Assembly (NCBI RefSeq): GCF_018350175.1
Contig: NC_058368.1
Location: 93,560,001-93,624,000 of the forward strand
Reading direction: 5' to 3'
Length of the DNA stretch: 64,000 bases
DNA from: Felis catus
Taxonomy: Eukaryota
In this document: positions 1-13,225 of the stretch, piece after piece
How positions within the stretch are numbered: position 1 is the first letter of the stretch
Layout: each line of letters opens with the position of its first letter
Position numbers and translations under genes: made by a program
The notes under the pieces: generated by a model
Databases searched by the model: none
What the model was told of the DNA's origin: nothing
The model's input: only the letters and a program-made list of their open reading frames with translations

Positions 1-257
1 CAAAATACACGCACATACACATGTTCACATACACCCGGCAGCACTGATTATGAAGACAGAACATTGGCCATAATCATATGATGATCATCACACACTGCTC
101 GATAAGTACCTTTTGGTGCGTCTATGAACGGAATTGTATACACCCATTAAAACAACCAAAATGAGTATGTTCTGACACAGACACATGTCCGGTACAGTTA
201 GGTCAAGACAAATTACAGAATAATACCATTAATGATTATTATAGTATACTACTATGA

Positions 258-980
258 GGGACGCCTGGGTGGCTCAGTAGGTTAAGCATCCGACTTGGGC
301 GCAGGTCATGATCTCACAGTTCTTCAGTTCGGACCCCACATTAGGCTCGCTGCTGCCAGCACAGGGCCCACTTTGGATCCTCTGTCCCCCTCTCTCTCTG
401 CCTCTCCCTCACTCATTCTTTCTCTCAAAATAAGTAAACTTAAAAAAAAAAAAAATACTGGGGCGCCTGGGTGGCGCAGTCGGTTAAGCAACTGACTTCA
501 GCTCGGGTCATGATCTCACGGTCCGTGGGTTCAAGTTCCACATCGGGCTCTGTGCTGACAGCTCGGAGCCTGAAACCTGCTTCAGATTCTGTGTCTCCCT
601 CTCTCTCTGCCCCTCCCCCAACTACGCTCGGTCTCTGTCTCTCAAAAATGAATAAATGTTTAAAATTTTTAAACAAAAAAAAGAATACAACCTTCAAAAT
701 CATTGCCGTATTCTATCCGACTTGTGCTAGTACCTACTTGTTTCTTTAAAATCAACCAATATTTTTCAGGGGCACCTGGGTGGCTCAGTCATTTAAGCCT
801 CTGACTTCAGCTCAGGTCATGATCTCACAGTTTGTGGGTTGGAATCCCGCACCCGGCTCTGTCAGGCTCTGTGCTGATAGCTCAGAGCCTGGAACCTGCT
901 TCAGATTCTGTATCTCCCTCCCTCTCTGCCCCTCCTCTGCTCATGCTCTTTCAAAAATAAATAAACATTTAAAAAATGCT
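258..980 (+). mobile_element. Three Can-SINEs (258-455, 460-680, 769-980)
   Basis: ggggcgcctgggtggctcagtcggttaag head (A box), gttcgagccc B box, (CT)n, AATAAA/A tail; third copy has TSD aaatcaaccaatattttt. Confidence 0.9.
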
Positions 981-1792
981 TTTAAATCAACCAATATTTT
1001 TATACGAATGAGTGTAAGTTAAAAGTGATAATAACCATGAAATCCTAAGTTCAGTAGGTAGGTTTACCCAAAATATACGGAACATTAAAAGAAAATGTGT
1101 TCACCCCCATACTATCTAAAATCATCTCTTGTGCATCCACTAGTATTTTGCATACCACAGTCCTGGAGCCCATGTGGGGACTGGCAAAGAAAACCAAACG
1201 TCGGGTGGTGGCGGGGGGAGGGGGTGGCTCCTTCACCAAACAAGTTCACCTGGAAACTCTTGGGGGAGGGATGTATTGTAAGGAACTTTCATTTTCCCCA
1301 GTACAGATGTCCAGGATATTTAGGGTTTCACGATGAACACGGAAGACTGAGTCTGCACTGTGACACCTGCCACAGAAGAATCGGGGGAAGGACATTCTCC
1401 TCTAACACCCAGTCTCCTCTCCACCACCTCTGCCCTGTTCTCTGCATCCCTAACCCAAACTTCTATGCTGGACAACAGTGAGTCTAGCAGGGAAGGGGGC
1501 CAGGGCAGCTCACCTCCCTCTACCTGATGGAATCCAGAACTCTGGTTATACGCAGCCAAGGCCAAACTACCTGTGTTACATAAAGGCAACCATTTGCATA
1601 AAATATCCCCTTCAAATGACTGCAGCCGAGCAACAAAGAGCAACCTGAATTTCTTCCCAGCTCGATTATGTTATCCAGCTAGATACCCCAAGGAGCTGAT
1701 GCGTAAGGTATGAGCAAATGACCCAAGAAGAATGTGTGAGGACACTGAACACATAATGCCAGACACCTACAAAAGACTGGCAATTCTAACGC

Positions 1793-1795
<3 letters not shown>

Positions 1796-1826
<31 letters not shown>

Positions 1827-2035
1827 TTTATTTCAGTTTATTTTTCATTTATTTTTGAGAGAGAGATAGAGAGTAAATAGGGGAAGGGCAGAGAGAGAGG
1901 GAGAGAGAATCCTAAGCAGGTTCCATGCTGTCAACACAGAGCCTGATGCGGGGCTCAATCCCACAAACCATGAAATCATGACCTGAGCTGAAATCAAGAG
2001 TTAGATGCTTAAGCGATTGAGCCACCCAAGTGCCC
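1796..2035 (-). mobile_element. (CA)n microsatellite followed by a minus-strand Can-SINE
   Basis: CA repeat 1796-1824, then reverse-complement SINE ending gagccacccaagtgcccc. Confidence 0.85.
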
Positions 2036-2654
2036 CAAAAGACCCACAAATTTTAATAATTGCTAGTCAAATAACATACTGTGTAGCTAGTCCATGAAAC
2101 CTACTTCTGGGTAATAATTTTAAAGTACGTAAGTCCTGAAATGCATGGTAAGGGTATAAGGACATGTGTACTTCTATTTTAAGGACAATTTCCATGAAAA
2201 TAAGCAAGAAAACAAATGACTAGAATAAGAGACACAGGCTTTTGATACCTACCACTGTCATCAAACAAAATTACTCCATTAAGTAAATTCATCTGACATG
2301 GTCATTCTTAAAAAGCAGAGGCAAGATAAGACCAATTCTCTCTCAAACATGAAATAAAATCTTGATTGCTGATTTCCTAGAGCATAAGGCAGGCTCCAGT
2401 TTCCAGATACTGCTGGTTTTCAGTTTAATTGCTCTGGACATAAAGGTAAATCCTGAGAGGTGAAGACGTTTGCGCTCATGTTGCAAAAATGATATCTGAC
2501 TTTTAAAAATCTTTCAGCAGAACACTCCTCAAACGACAAAAATTGTGCTTTTTATTCTCTGAAGTCATCCTCCCATCTTTATAAAATTAAATGAGGCACT
2601 ACTGTCTTGTAGGAAGGCAAGTTAGAGGGGTCACTTACATAAAAGCCAAAGCAC

Positions 2655-2857
2655 TTTTTTTTTAATGCTTATGTATTTATTTTGAGAGAGAAAAAGAGCA
2701 CGTGAGCAGGGGAGGGGCAGAGAGAGAGAATCCCAAGCAGGCTCCATGCTGTCAGTACAGAGCCTGACTTGGGGGTCAATCTCACCAACCATGAGATCAT
2801 GACCTGAGGCCGAAATCAAGAGTCAGACGCTCAACCGACTGAGCCACCCAGGCGCCT
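2655..2857 (-). mobile_element. Can-SINE
   Basis: Reverse SINE with TSD aaagc(c/t)aaagcact. Confidence 0.9.
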
Positions 2858-2989
2858 CAAAGCTAAAGCACTCTTAACAAAATATAACATGCACAATTGA
2901 TTACCTTCAAATATTTTTGTAGTTGTTTTTATGTTAAAAACCTGATTTACAAAATGAGCTTTACCAATCAAGGCTTTCACCAACACTCA

Positions 2990-3765
2990 AACACTTTTGA
3001 AATACCTTACTCTGTGCCAGGCTAAGAGATGGGGATTCTGAACTGAATGATGTCAAGAAGTATAGAGTCATACATAGGAGAGAGAGAAATATGTAAATAA
3101 TTATGGTGCACCAAGACGAGGAACGTAAAAATCCATGTAACGAGTGTGTGTTCATGGAGACCTTAGCATTTGCTAAGCATCCTGCTATTATCTTCATATA
3201 CATTATCTCAATTCACTCTCTCGGTTCTTTTCGATGTAAGCACAATCACTGAACTTACTTTACATACATGGTAATGGATAGAGATTCGGGTTAAGACACT
3301 GGACCATGATTATTCAGCTCTCAAGGGGCTGAGCCAGAACTGGAACTCACACATCTTTGTCTCCAAAACATGAATCACCCCTGGATGGTGAGGGAATGGC
3401 AGGAAAGGAGGTCGAGGCAGATCAGGGAGGGCCCTGGATGCTGAGCCTAGGGTTTCAATGATCCTCTCGGGATCTTTTCAGGGGGATGTGTTCGGTCTGT
3501 AGAACATGAGATTCTTATTTCTTAATCAGGTAGGGGTTACTGAATAACCACAATCATGAGAGGAAGATTTGTTTTTGAGAAAAAGCTCTATATCCGTATG
3601 GCTAGTGGTAGAGAAAGACATCTGGAGCAGGGTTACTTACAGGCTATCACTATAAACTTTAGGAGTGGAAAATAGAACTTAACAGAATTTAGTAATTGGA
3701 TGTGTGAAGTGACAAAGATAGACGGTGATTCCAGTGAAGCAACCTGGGCACCCAGATGGACCGTA
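2990..3765. mobile_element. Degraded L2 and MIR fragments
   Basis: L2-type 'tactctgtgccaggctaag' and MIR-type 'ggggctgagccagaactggaactc...gtctccaaa' motifs. Confidence 0.5.
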
Positions 3766-3769
3766 GGGA

Positions 3770-4844
3770 CAGCAGCCCCCATCATTCACAGGCTCCCTTT
3801 CTGCAATTTTTAGTTACCCGAGGTCAGCCACAGTTCAAAAGCACATGAACCCATTGTGGGAAGGTAGCAGCCTAAGGCTTTGTTACAACCCCTATGTCAT
3901 TCACCTCACTTTACCTCAGGAGGTAGGTGCTGCATCATCTCTGCTTATCAGAAGAAGGATGAGGGGGCACCTAGGTCGCTCAGTCATTTAAGTGGCTGAC
4001 TCTTGATTTTAAGCTCAGGTCATGATCTCATGGTTAGCGGGATTGAGTCCCAAGTCGGGCTCTGCACGCTTAGCTTGGAGCCTGCTTGGGATTCTCTCTC
4101 TGCCCCTCCCTTGTTTGTACTCAAGTACTCTAAGTAAATAAATGAATAAACATTTTTTAAACAGGATGAGTACAGTACATAAGATATTTTGAGAAAGGGG
4201 CGCCTGCCTGGAAAAGCATGCAACCTTTCATCTCAGGGTCATGAGTTCGAGTCCCCCATTGGGTGTAGAGACTAAATATTTTTTTAAAAAGGTATTTTGA
4301 GGGGCACCTGGGTGGCTCAGTCAGTTAAGTATCCGACTTCAGTCCAAGTCATGATCTCACAGTCTGCTGTCATCACAGAGCCCACTTCAGATTCCCTGTC
4401 CTTCTCCCCTGTTGCCCCTCCCCCACTTGCAAGCATTTTCTCTCTCAAAAATAAAAAATTAATTTAAAAAGATATTTTGAGAGAGAAGGCAGTTCACATA
4501 AGTTTCATTACAGTACATTGCTATAATTGCTCTATTATTTACTGTTAAAAACTTATGGTGCCTACATGTCGTGATGAGTACCTTGTGTTGCATGGAAGTG
4601 TTGAATCACTATTTTGTACACAAGAAACTACTATTACATTGAATGTTAACTGGAATTTAAGTAAAATCATTAAAAAATGATAAAACAAAAAGGAATGTGT
4701 GTATCTTAAAAAAAAAAAAACTTATGATGCCTGATTTACAAATTAAACTTTATCCTAGGTATGTTTGTGCAGGTGCCATCCACAGTTTCTGGCATCCCCT
4801 GAGGATCTTGGAATGTACCCACCATAGATAAAGGGGGATGAGTG
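3770..4844 (+). mobile_element. MER44/Tigger7-type non-autonomous DNA transposon, interrupted by three SINEs and one L1 3' end
   Basis: Terminal cagcagccccc...gggggatgagtg|ta; internal blocks gagtacagtacataagatattttgag, ttcacataagtttcattacagtacattg and tttacaaattaaactttatcctaggtatgt match the recalled MER44 consensus. Confidence 0.8.
4564..4715 (+). mobile_element. Truncated carnivore L1 3' end inside MER44
   Basis: gtgatgagtacc...gaagtgttgaatcacta...gttaactggaattt plus A tail; TSD aaaaacttatg(g/a)tgcct. Confidence 0.75.
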
Positions 4845-5008
4845 TAATTCATGGAGACAAGAGAACAGCAAGGAGGACTTGGGAGGTAGGGAAGAAGCCC
4901 ATTTTTGTCTGGGCTGAACTTAAACTTTGTGGAACAGAGCACAGGCATCCGGTGGACAGAAATCTCACTCGGGACCTGAGTAGCAAGGTCTGTTTAAAGA
5001 TGAGTTGA

Positions 5009-5207
5009 TGGAGCCTGGGTGGCTCAGTCCCTTGAGGATCAAACTCTTGATTTTGGCTCAGGTCGTTATCACAAGGTTGTGGGATCAAGCGCCACATCAG
5101 GCTCCGAGTAGAGTGTGGAGCCTGCTTGGGATTCTCTCTCTCCCACTGCCCCTCTACCCCACTTGCACTCTATATATATATAAAATAAATAAGTAAATAA
5201 ATAAATA
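5009..5207 (+). mobile_element. Can-SINE
   Basis: Flanked by TSD aaagatgagttga. Confidence 0.9.
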
Positions 5208-5359
5208 AAAGATGAGTTGAGGAATCGCCAATAGAAAAGGTGACTAAAGCCACAAAAAGGCACAAGGGAGTTCTCTTCTGCCTCTCATCCCCTTGTTTCC
5301 TTTCCCTCTGACTGTCCCCACTTTGTTCTGTCCTTAACTATTGTAACTTACCAAAGAAC

Positions 5360-5610
5360 TGTGGCTGGCCAAATAATGTCCCCCCTCCAAAGACGTCCAC
5401 ATCCTAATCTCTAGAATATATGTGCCTTGTAGGGCATAAGGAACTTTGTACAAGTGATTAGATTAAGAATTTGAGATGGGGATATGATTCTGGATTATCT
5501 GGGTGAGTCCATCCAATTGGAAGTTGCTTGTAAGAGGGAGACAGGGGTTTAGAGTCAGAGAGGGATGTCAGAAGATGCTATACTGCTGGTTTTGAAGACA
5601 GAGGAAAGAG
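5360..5610 (+). mobile_element. MaLR LTR 5' part (MLT1D/E-like), followed by a SINE at 5610-5810
   Basis: tgtggctggccaaataatg...ccaaagacgtccacatcctaatc...gagatggggatatgattctggattatctgggtg is typical of MLT1. Confidence 0.75.
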
Positions 5611-7337
5611 GGGGCACTTCAGGTTCAGTCAGTTAAGCATCCAGGTCTTGATTTGGGCTCAGGTCATAATCCCATGGTTCATGAGTTTGAGCCCCACATT
5701 GGGCTCTGTGCTAACAGTGTAGAGCCTGCTCCGGATTCTCTTTTTCTCTCTCTCTCTGCTTCTCCCCTCCTTGTGCTCTCTCTTTCAAAATAAACTTAAT
5801 TTTTTTTTTCAATATAAAACTATATGCTTACAAGTTTCTAGATTTTTCTAGAAATCTTCCCCCAAAACTCAGTTTTCCTCTCCATGCCTCAGTTTTGCAG
5901 GTGTTCTAAGCACACTTTCAAGCTTCCTGTAAAGTACCTCAACCCAGCCCTCCAGAGAGGAGCTGGGGTCATCAGGCCACCTCCACTAATTCCACCCTAT
6001 GCCAGATGGACAGGTAATGTGTGTGTTGGATGGTCTTCTTCTGGTAGTGAAATTGAAGACTAAGGTGTGAGTTCCAGGAGATAAAACCAAAAATGCTCAC
6101 TAGCTTTGAAAACAAACTCCAGGTGGTCTTATCCAGCTTCCCAGAAGCCAAGGTTTGGGTTCAGAACTGGAGCCAACAGTAAGGCAGCAAGGTCTACCTT
6201 ATTATTACCTTTGCTTATAATTACCTTTGCTCCCGATGTACAGATCATTGCCTCCTTGTGTATTCTATTTCTCTCCAAACCTAAATAGGGAGCAGTAACT
6301 GATGATGGGCGTTCTTGGATCCCATCCGATAGTTCCAATTTCTCCATCGCTCCTAACAAACAAGTAACAAACTTGACACTCTGGCTACCTAGCGGGAAGA
6401 TAAAATAACATGGGATGTAATTTATGTGAAAGAGCTAGCTGGGACTCTTCTAGAAGAAGGCCAAATGCATAGACTCAAGGGACCCTCCTGATAACACATA
6501 CTAAAAAGTACGGTTTTCACAAAGCCACCAGCAGAGACCGGTGACTTCTGCATGCTCCACACCCTCTTCCTCTCAGTGCTTTATCATTATACTATCTGGG
6601 GTAGCACCCAGAAGGACACCTACATCCCTGTACTGCTTGGCTCAGCCAGAAGCTGCCGTGACGTTCACTATATGCAAAGTCAGGAATGATTCTTGACAAC
6701 CACTAAAGCGACTCCACCAAATAGCTTCCCTATGAGAAGTCTCTCTGCTCATCAAGCCATGGCCACTGCACGGTTACACGACACAGGGAACGTGCACCGT
6801 GCCTGCAGGCACTTCTCACATTCTGGGGCCTTTTTGTCTCTCACAGAGGGGACACCGGCTTTGAAGCACAAGGGATGACTGATCGGGTTTGTAAGAATTG
6901 GCCGCAAGCCCAGGAGCTACTGGATTTCCCCAGCGCTTTAGCTAAAGGATTCCGCGGGAAGGTTCTGCCATGGTCCTCTCTGCCATCTGAGGTTACCTAA
7001 CAGCAAGCACCCAAATAAGTGGTTGTTTGAATTTCCTCCAAAACCATCAAAGCCAATTCCTGCTTCGGGAGAAGGGAGGGGATGAAGGGGGTGACATTTC
7101 TGTCTTTGGCAGCTGACAACATATTAAGAAAGGCGAAGGGTCAAGGACCTGGCATTTTTTTGTTCCCCCTTCACTGACTTCACACACAAGCAGATGTGAC
7201 TGGCAACCTCCTGTCAGAGTCCCAGGACACCTGCCTGCAAGGAGAAACCAGTGCAGGTAATGAATTTACCCTCCTGAGCCTGGATGAACCTAAGCTCGTT
7301 TCAGAGGGGACACCAGTGGATTAGAAAAGGACTTGCC

Positions 7338-9030
7338 GGGGCGCCCAGGTGGCTCAGTCGGTTGAGCATCTGACTTCGGCTCAGGTCATGATCTCACGGC
7401 TTGTGAGTTCGAGCCCTGCATTGGACTCTGCACTGACGGCTCAGAGCCTGGAGCCTCTTCAGATTCTGTGTCTTTTCCTCTCTCTCTGCCCCTCCCCCAC
7501 TCCCCCTCTGTCTCTCAAAAATCAACAAACATTTCTAAAATTTTTAATTAAAATACAGAAACGGTTGTACCTCTCAAGTGAGCTCAGACCGACAGAGTTT
7601 ATGGGAAAGAGGAAAATGCTCACACGTCAGTGTGTTTGGGAACGTAAGTAGAGGTGGACCCTAGGAAGAGTTGGACGGCTGGAATCTGTGCAGGATATGT
7701 TGAGAAAGGGGGTAGGGTGAGGATAAAGACTTGGGGTTCTCTGACAAGTTCACAGTTGGCTGAACGGAGAGCTACTATGTCCAGAAGTAATGTGTGAGGC
7801 AGCCACTGGGCCATCTCCACAGGTGCATATTTAGCTGGAGGAACTTCTGCAAGTATCCATGAACTGTATCTCCATTGGTGGACTTGTAGGCAGAATGCCA
7901 TAAAGTAGGTTCTCTTCCAGTTTATTCTAAGTTTATTTATTTAAGTAATATCTACACCCAACATGGGGCTCAAACTCATGATCCCAAGATCAATAGTCTT
8001 GCCCTCTTCTGACTGAGCCAGCCAGGCGCCCCCAGAAGATTTTCTGACCAGATCAGGAAGTCTGGCTCCTTCCAACCATTTCCCTGGCATGACAGCATCA
8101 TACAGAAAAAGGGTTTTCAGGAATCTTATCACCACACAGAAAGAAATTTGTGGAGAAAAAGATCCTCAAGGTCTTAGTTGTCCACGAGAACAGTATGTGC
8201 CAAATGTGTGCTGGGGTTATGAAAAAAAGAAAGGAAACAAGGTATCTCAGAGTGAAGTCCCATTTTTAGAAGCACACTGTATGAAATATCAGAGGTGGGA
8301 TTTCCACCATTCTGGTTCTGTGTTCTCTTCCAAGGGCCTCACGTGGAAAGAGTTCCCCCTATCAGTTAGGATGCCTTCAGCTGCTGGTAACTTGGAAACT
8401 CGAACAGAAACTACCACAGATGACAATGAAATGTATTCACTTGATTATTTTTTAATGTTTATTCATTTATTTTGAGAAGGATTGTGAGCAGGGGAGGGGC
8501 AGAGAGAGAGGGACAGAAAGAGAATCCCAAGCAGAATGCACACTCAGTGCGGAACCCAGCATGGGCCTCGATCTCACAAAACATGAGATCATGATCTGAG
8601 CCAAATCAAGACCTGGACACTTAAACAACTGAGTCACCCAGGCACCCAAAAAATAGGTTCACTTTAAAACCCAGAAGTTCAGTGGGGTACAGCAGCTCAG
8701 TCGGCTGGGTGTCCAACTTTGAAAATATTTTAAAATGTTTATTTATTAATGAGAGAGAAACAGAGTATAAGTGGGGGAGGGGCAGAGAGAGAGGGAGACA
8801 CAGAATCTGAAACAGGCTCCAGGCCCTGAGCTGTCAGCACAGAGTCCGAAGTGTGGCTCAAACTCTCGAACCGTAAGATCATGACCTAGGCTAAAGTCAG
8901 ATGCTTAACCGACTGAGCCACCCAGGCGTCCCTAGGCATCCAACTTCAGATCTCAGCTTAGGTCTTGACCTCAGGGTTGTAAGTTCAAGCTCTTCACAGG
9001 GTATGAATCCTACTTTAAAAAAAATAAGAA
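7338..9030. mobile_element. Cluster of Can-SINEs: 7338-7550(+), 7920-8031(-), 8450-8648(-), and 8681-9030(+) interrupted by 8721-8932(-)
   Basis: SINE heads and tails on both strands; the nested copy is flanked by a degenerate TSD g(t/c)(g/a)tccaactt. Confidence 0.85.
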
Positions 9031-9069
9031 TTTTAGAAACCTGGCCTTCCAATTCCTAGGACTGACTTG

Positions 9070-9525
9070 GCTTTGTTTTTTGCCATGTGTTGGCTTTACT
9101 CTCCAGATGACTTGAGAGCTGGAGGCTCCCATCCAGACACAGTAAGGTCCACAGGCAGAAAGCTGTCACTTCTTCCAGTGCCTCCTACTTAGGAGTAAGG
9201 AAACATGTCCCAGAAGCTCCTCTCCTCAAGGAATCGCCCCTCACATGCCCAGAAGCTCCTCTCCTCAAGGAATCGCCCCTCACATCTCATTAATCAGACC
9301 TGGATTACAATCCCACACCTAAAGCAGCCCCTCGCAGGGGGACTGGGATTCCCAGTGCTTTCAGAGATCAGCTAGGACCCACCCTCAGGGCTGAAGTAGA
9401 CACAGCTTCTCCTGAAGCATGGGGACATGGGAAGGCGGGCTGGAGGCCTGAACAGACACAGGCTCTGTTAGCAAGAAGAAAGGGACTGGCTACCTGATGG
9501 GCTGCCAACAGCACCTGCTAGAGAC
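9070..9525 (-). mobile_element. Old MaLR LTR (MLT1K/L-like) containing a ~40-bp tandem duplication
   Basis: Motifs gctaggacccaccctcagggctg and ggctctgttagcaagaagaaaggg resemble old MLT1 LTRs. Confidence 0.55.
9203..9285. repeat. Near-perfect 39-40 bp tandem duplication
   Basis: acatg(t)cccagaagctcctctcctcaaggaatcgcccctc x2, followed by acat. Confidence 0.95.
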
Positions 9526-9779
9526 ATTCATCATTTGTACCATACACAAAAGAGGGGGCAACTACAGAGGCATCATCCCCTAGACAGCAAGAGTGAGCCC
9601 CCGCAGACACCTCAAGCAGCAGTCTATAGAGTCCTACAGATTAAGTCATACAAAAACAATGCCTGGAGACAAAAGTTGTTTGGCTCAAAGAAAGAAGATA
9701 AAGGGGGACAGATGCTGCCTTCCAGACCCTAAAAGGCTGTAACTTGCCGTGTGTACTTCTGGAGTTAAAACCTGGTTAC

Positions 9780-10670
9780 CCTTAGGTGGCTGGTTGGCTG
9801 GCTGGCTCAGTCCATAGAGCAGGCAACTCTTGATCTCAGGGTTTTAAGTTCGATCCCTACGTTGGGTGCAGAGATTACTTAAAAATATTTTTAATTTATT
9901 TATTTTGAGAAAGAGAGAAAGAGATAGCACCAGCGAGGGAAGGGCATAGAGTGAGAGTGAGAGAGAGAGAATCCCAAGCAGGCTCCAAACTGGAGGCACA
10001 GGGCTCAGTCCCACAAACCACGAGCTCATGACCCAAGCCAAAATCAAGAGTCAGAGGCTTGACCAACTGAGCCACCCAGGTTCCCCTATTTAAAGTTTCT
10101 TAAACCTTAAAATGTTTTTCACTAAAATTGATAACCAGGAGGCTCCTGTCCATTAATGAAGTGAGGACATGGGCTCATTTCCTCTGTGAGATCAGGCACG
10201 ATGGGCAAAACCAAAGTCATCTTCCTCCAAGTCAGGACCGACTCTTGATTTCCCTGTATCACCACCACTGACCTGGTCACCCAGGAACAAGTCCTTCGAG
10301 TCAGATCTCCTTTCCTCTCCTTCTTCAACTGTATCCAGCCAGTTAGCAAGACCTTGGAATGTGGCTTTTTACATGTCTGTAACATTCATCACTTTCTCCC
10401 ATTCTGACTCACCCCCACTGGTTCCGAGGCTAATTCTCCAACTTTTGAGTGTCTTTTTTAAATTTTTTTTAATGTTTGTTTATTTTTGAGAGAGAACACA
10501 TGCACAAGTGGATGAGGGGCAGAGAGAGAGGGAGACACAGAATCCGAAGCAGGCTCCAGGCTCTGAGCTGTCAGCACAGAGTCTGATAAGGGGTTTGAAC
10601 TCATGAACCATGATATCATGACCTGAGATGAAGTTGGATGCTCAATCAACTGAGCCACCCAGGTGCCCCT
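9780..10670. mobile_element. Can-SINEs 9780-9890(+, short type), 9886-10086(-), 10455-10670(-)
   Basis: SINE consensus motifs. Confidence 0.85.
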
Positions 10671-10869
10671 GTAACGTTCATATTTCTTCAACAACTTCCT
10701 AACATGTTTCTTGGACCCAAATACATTTCCCAAAGTGCAGCCCCAATGACATTACTCACCTGCTCAAAAGGCTCCATCAGGTAAGGACAGTCAAGATGCA
10801 TCCAGAGGCACGCATTATCCCAAGAATAGCAGGGTCTAATTAAAGTCTATCCCATCCCCAAAGTGAGGG

Positions 10870-11550
10870 GTGGTCGTCACCACATCTGCCTAGAGGGATT
10901 TCCTAAGTGCCATGAACCAGTGATTGCTATAGGTCTACCGTGCTTTCCCCTTCCAAATGGGAGTATAAAGTAGCTCCATAATTATATATGGGGAAGGGGG
11001 GCAAATATCTTCTTTCTTTGGTTCACAGGACCAAGAGGGAGCCCACTTGAACTACCACTCCACCACCTGGAGATCTCAGACTTTGAGCTAGGTGAGGTGA
11101 CTGGATCTGTGTCCTGTTCATCTCCCTTTGAGGTGCCGTGAGTATGATCTACTGCAAAAAAGATCACGGGACTGAGCAGGGACACTTCCATGGATTCACA
11201 GAATCTGGTGCACACAGGAAGACCACACTTCCCAGCAACCCTTAGAGTTGGTTAGGGCAATAGGACTGGGTTCTAGCAAAAAGCATGTTTGCAAATGTAA
11301 AGTAAGACACTTCCAAGCCCCGCTCTTAAAAACATCTTGCATGACACTCAACTCTGCCCTTCTGGATACAGCAACCTATGACTGTTCCAGCAGCTCAATC
11401 TCCAAGATGGCGGAGCTGCCATCAGCCCAATTCTCTGAAGAACTACAAAGAGCAGCGTTTTCCTCTCCCTTTGCCTTTGTTGGGTACACACCATGCTTGA
11501 GAAAGAACCCTTGTGACATCTAACAACAAATGACACTTCAGGGTGAGCCT
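10870..11550 (+). mobile_element. MaLR internal 3' remnant plus old MLT1(H/I/J)-like LTR
   Basis: ttccaaatgggagt...ggttcacagg...cagactttgagct resembles MLT-int; cacttcccagcaaccctt...gacacttccaagcc...caagatggcggagctgccatcagcc resembles an MLT1 LTR. Confidence 0.55.
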
Positions 11551-11949
11551 AGCCAGTAAAGACCACTCCATACACGAACCCCAGCTGGACATCTAATAAA
11601 AATGTAACTCGGGGTCAAAAAAAACTCAGAATAAAGAGTGTGGTAGAAATGCTACAAATTCACCCAACTTTCAGAAAAATTCCTCTCAGGGTCTTCCTAC
11701 TGGTTCGAAATTAGTACACATCCGTTATCATCTTAATCACCAAAAACCCATTCTTGGGAAAAACTAGATTCTACCAAGATTGAAATTTAAGCTTTTCCTT
11801 ACTTCACCAAACATGAAAAAGAAGGAGGGCGGGGAGAGGAAGGGAGCGGGGTAGGGGGAGGGAACCCCTTCCTTTAAATATCTGAGCAGATTTTTACTTT
11901 TTTGCACAACTTAAAAAAAAGCTCAGTTTTTTTTAAAGTCATACATAAG

Positions 11950-12165
11950 AGGGGCATCTGCGTGGCTCAGTCGGTTAAGCGTCCGACTTCAGCTCAGGTC
12001 ATGATCTCACACTCCGTGGGTTCAAGCCCTGCGTTGGGCTCTGTGCTGACAGCTCAGAGCCTGGAGCCCACTTCAGATTCTGTGTCTCCCCCTCTATCCG
12101 CCCCTCCTCTGTGCATGCTCTGTCTCTGTCTCAAAAATAAATAAAAACATTAAAAAAAATTATAA
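11950..12165 (+). mobile_element. Can-SINE
   Basis: Degenerate TSD aagtca(t/c)acataaga. Confidence 0.9.
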
Positions 12166-12857
12166 GTCACACATAAGATCATTTTATTCCTGCACCTTCT
12201 CTACAAGGATTTCTTCCTTGTATCCGCCTAAAAGGATGAGCTCTTCACATTTATAAAATATCCAATCTGATTATGGCCAATGGGAAGTTTCACTCACCTA
12301 AAAGATAAATACAACTTGAATAATAGCATTGATCTGTTCTCAAAGAGCACTGTTACAGACCTTCGAGTAAATATTCAAGCCAAAGAGAGAGAGAGCTATT
12401 TAAAGCATTAGAGGTAGCAAATTTTAGATTGCAGTGTTGGGCAATCGTTCTAATTTATGGCCACGGAGATTCCTCTTTGCTCGCGTGTGCTCCAATGATG
12501 CCCCTTGGTACTGTCCTTGGAAACCTGACCCCTGTGTGTCCCCAGAAGTTACCACTTTCATTCCAACATTAAGCCACTGCCAACATTCAGGCAGACAGAC
12601 TTCATTTATACAGGCCCAAACCACCTGTGTAACAAAAAAAAGAAGAGAGTCAAGCAGAGAAAAAGCCTCCAGAATTAGAGGAATTGGAGAAAGAATGTAA
12701 CAGGGAAATGTGAATGATCAGAGGCACGTAGTATCCCCACCCCTCCAAATATACCAGAAAAGGGAACAAGCGTGAAAATAAACAACTTGAGGAAAGCCTC
12801 CTGAAATCAGCTGGGCAGGAACATAACTGGAGTGTGATGTTGTATGAAAATTACCCC

Positions 12858-13146
12858 ACGGGCTCTGGTCATGATCTCACGGTTTGTGAGTTTGAGCCCC
12901 ACATTGGGTTCTGCACTGAGAGTGCAGAGCCTGCTTGGGATTTTCTCTCTCCCTAAAATAAATAAGGGGCACCTGGGTGGCTCAGCCAGTTAAGCATCCA
13001 ATTTCGGCTCAGGTCATGATCTTGCAGGGTGTGAGTTCAAGCCCCAGGTCGGACTCTGTGCTGACAGCTCAGAATCTGGATGGGGCCCTCCTTAAATTCT
13101 GTGTCTCCCTCTCTCTCTGCCCCGACCCTGCTCACGTTCTGTCTCT

Positions 13147-13191
<45 letters not shown>

Positions 13192-13225
13192 TGAAAAACA
13201 AACATTAAAAACTTAAAAAAAAAAA
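12858..13225 (+). mobile_element. 5'-truncated SINE plus full Can-SINE with expanded (CT)n
   Basis: SINE motifs. Confidence 0.85.

Noticed and set aside
258..330. tRNA-like A/B boxes
   Set aside because: These are SINE heads derived from tRNA, not tRNA genes.
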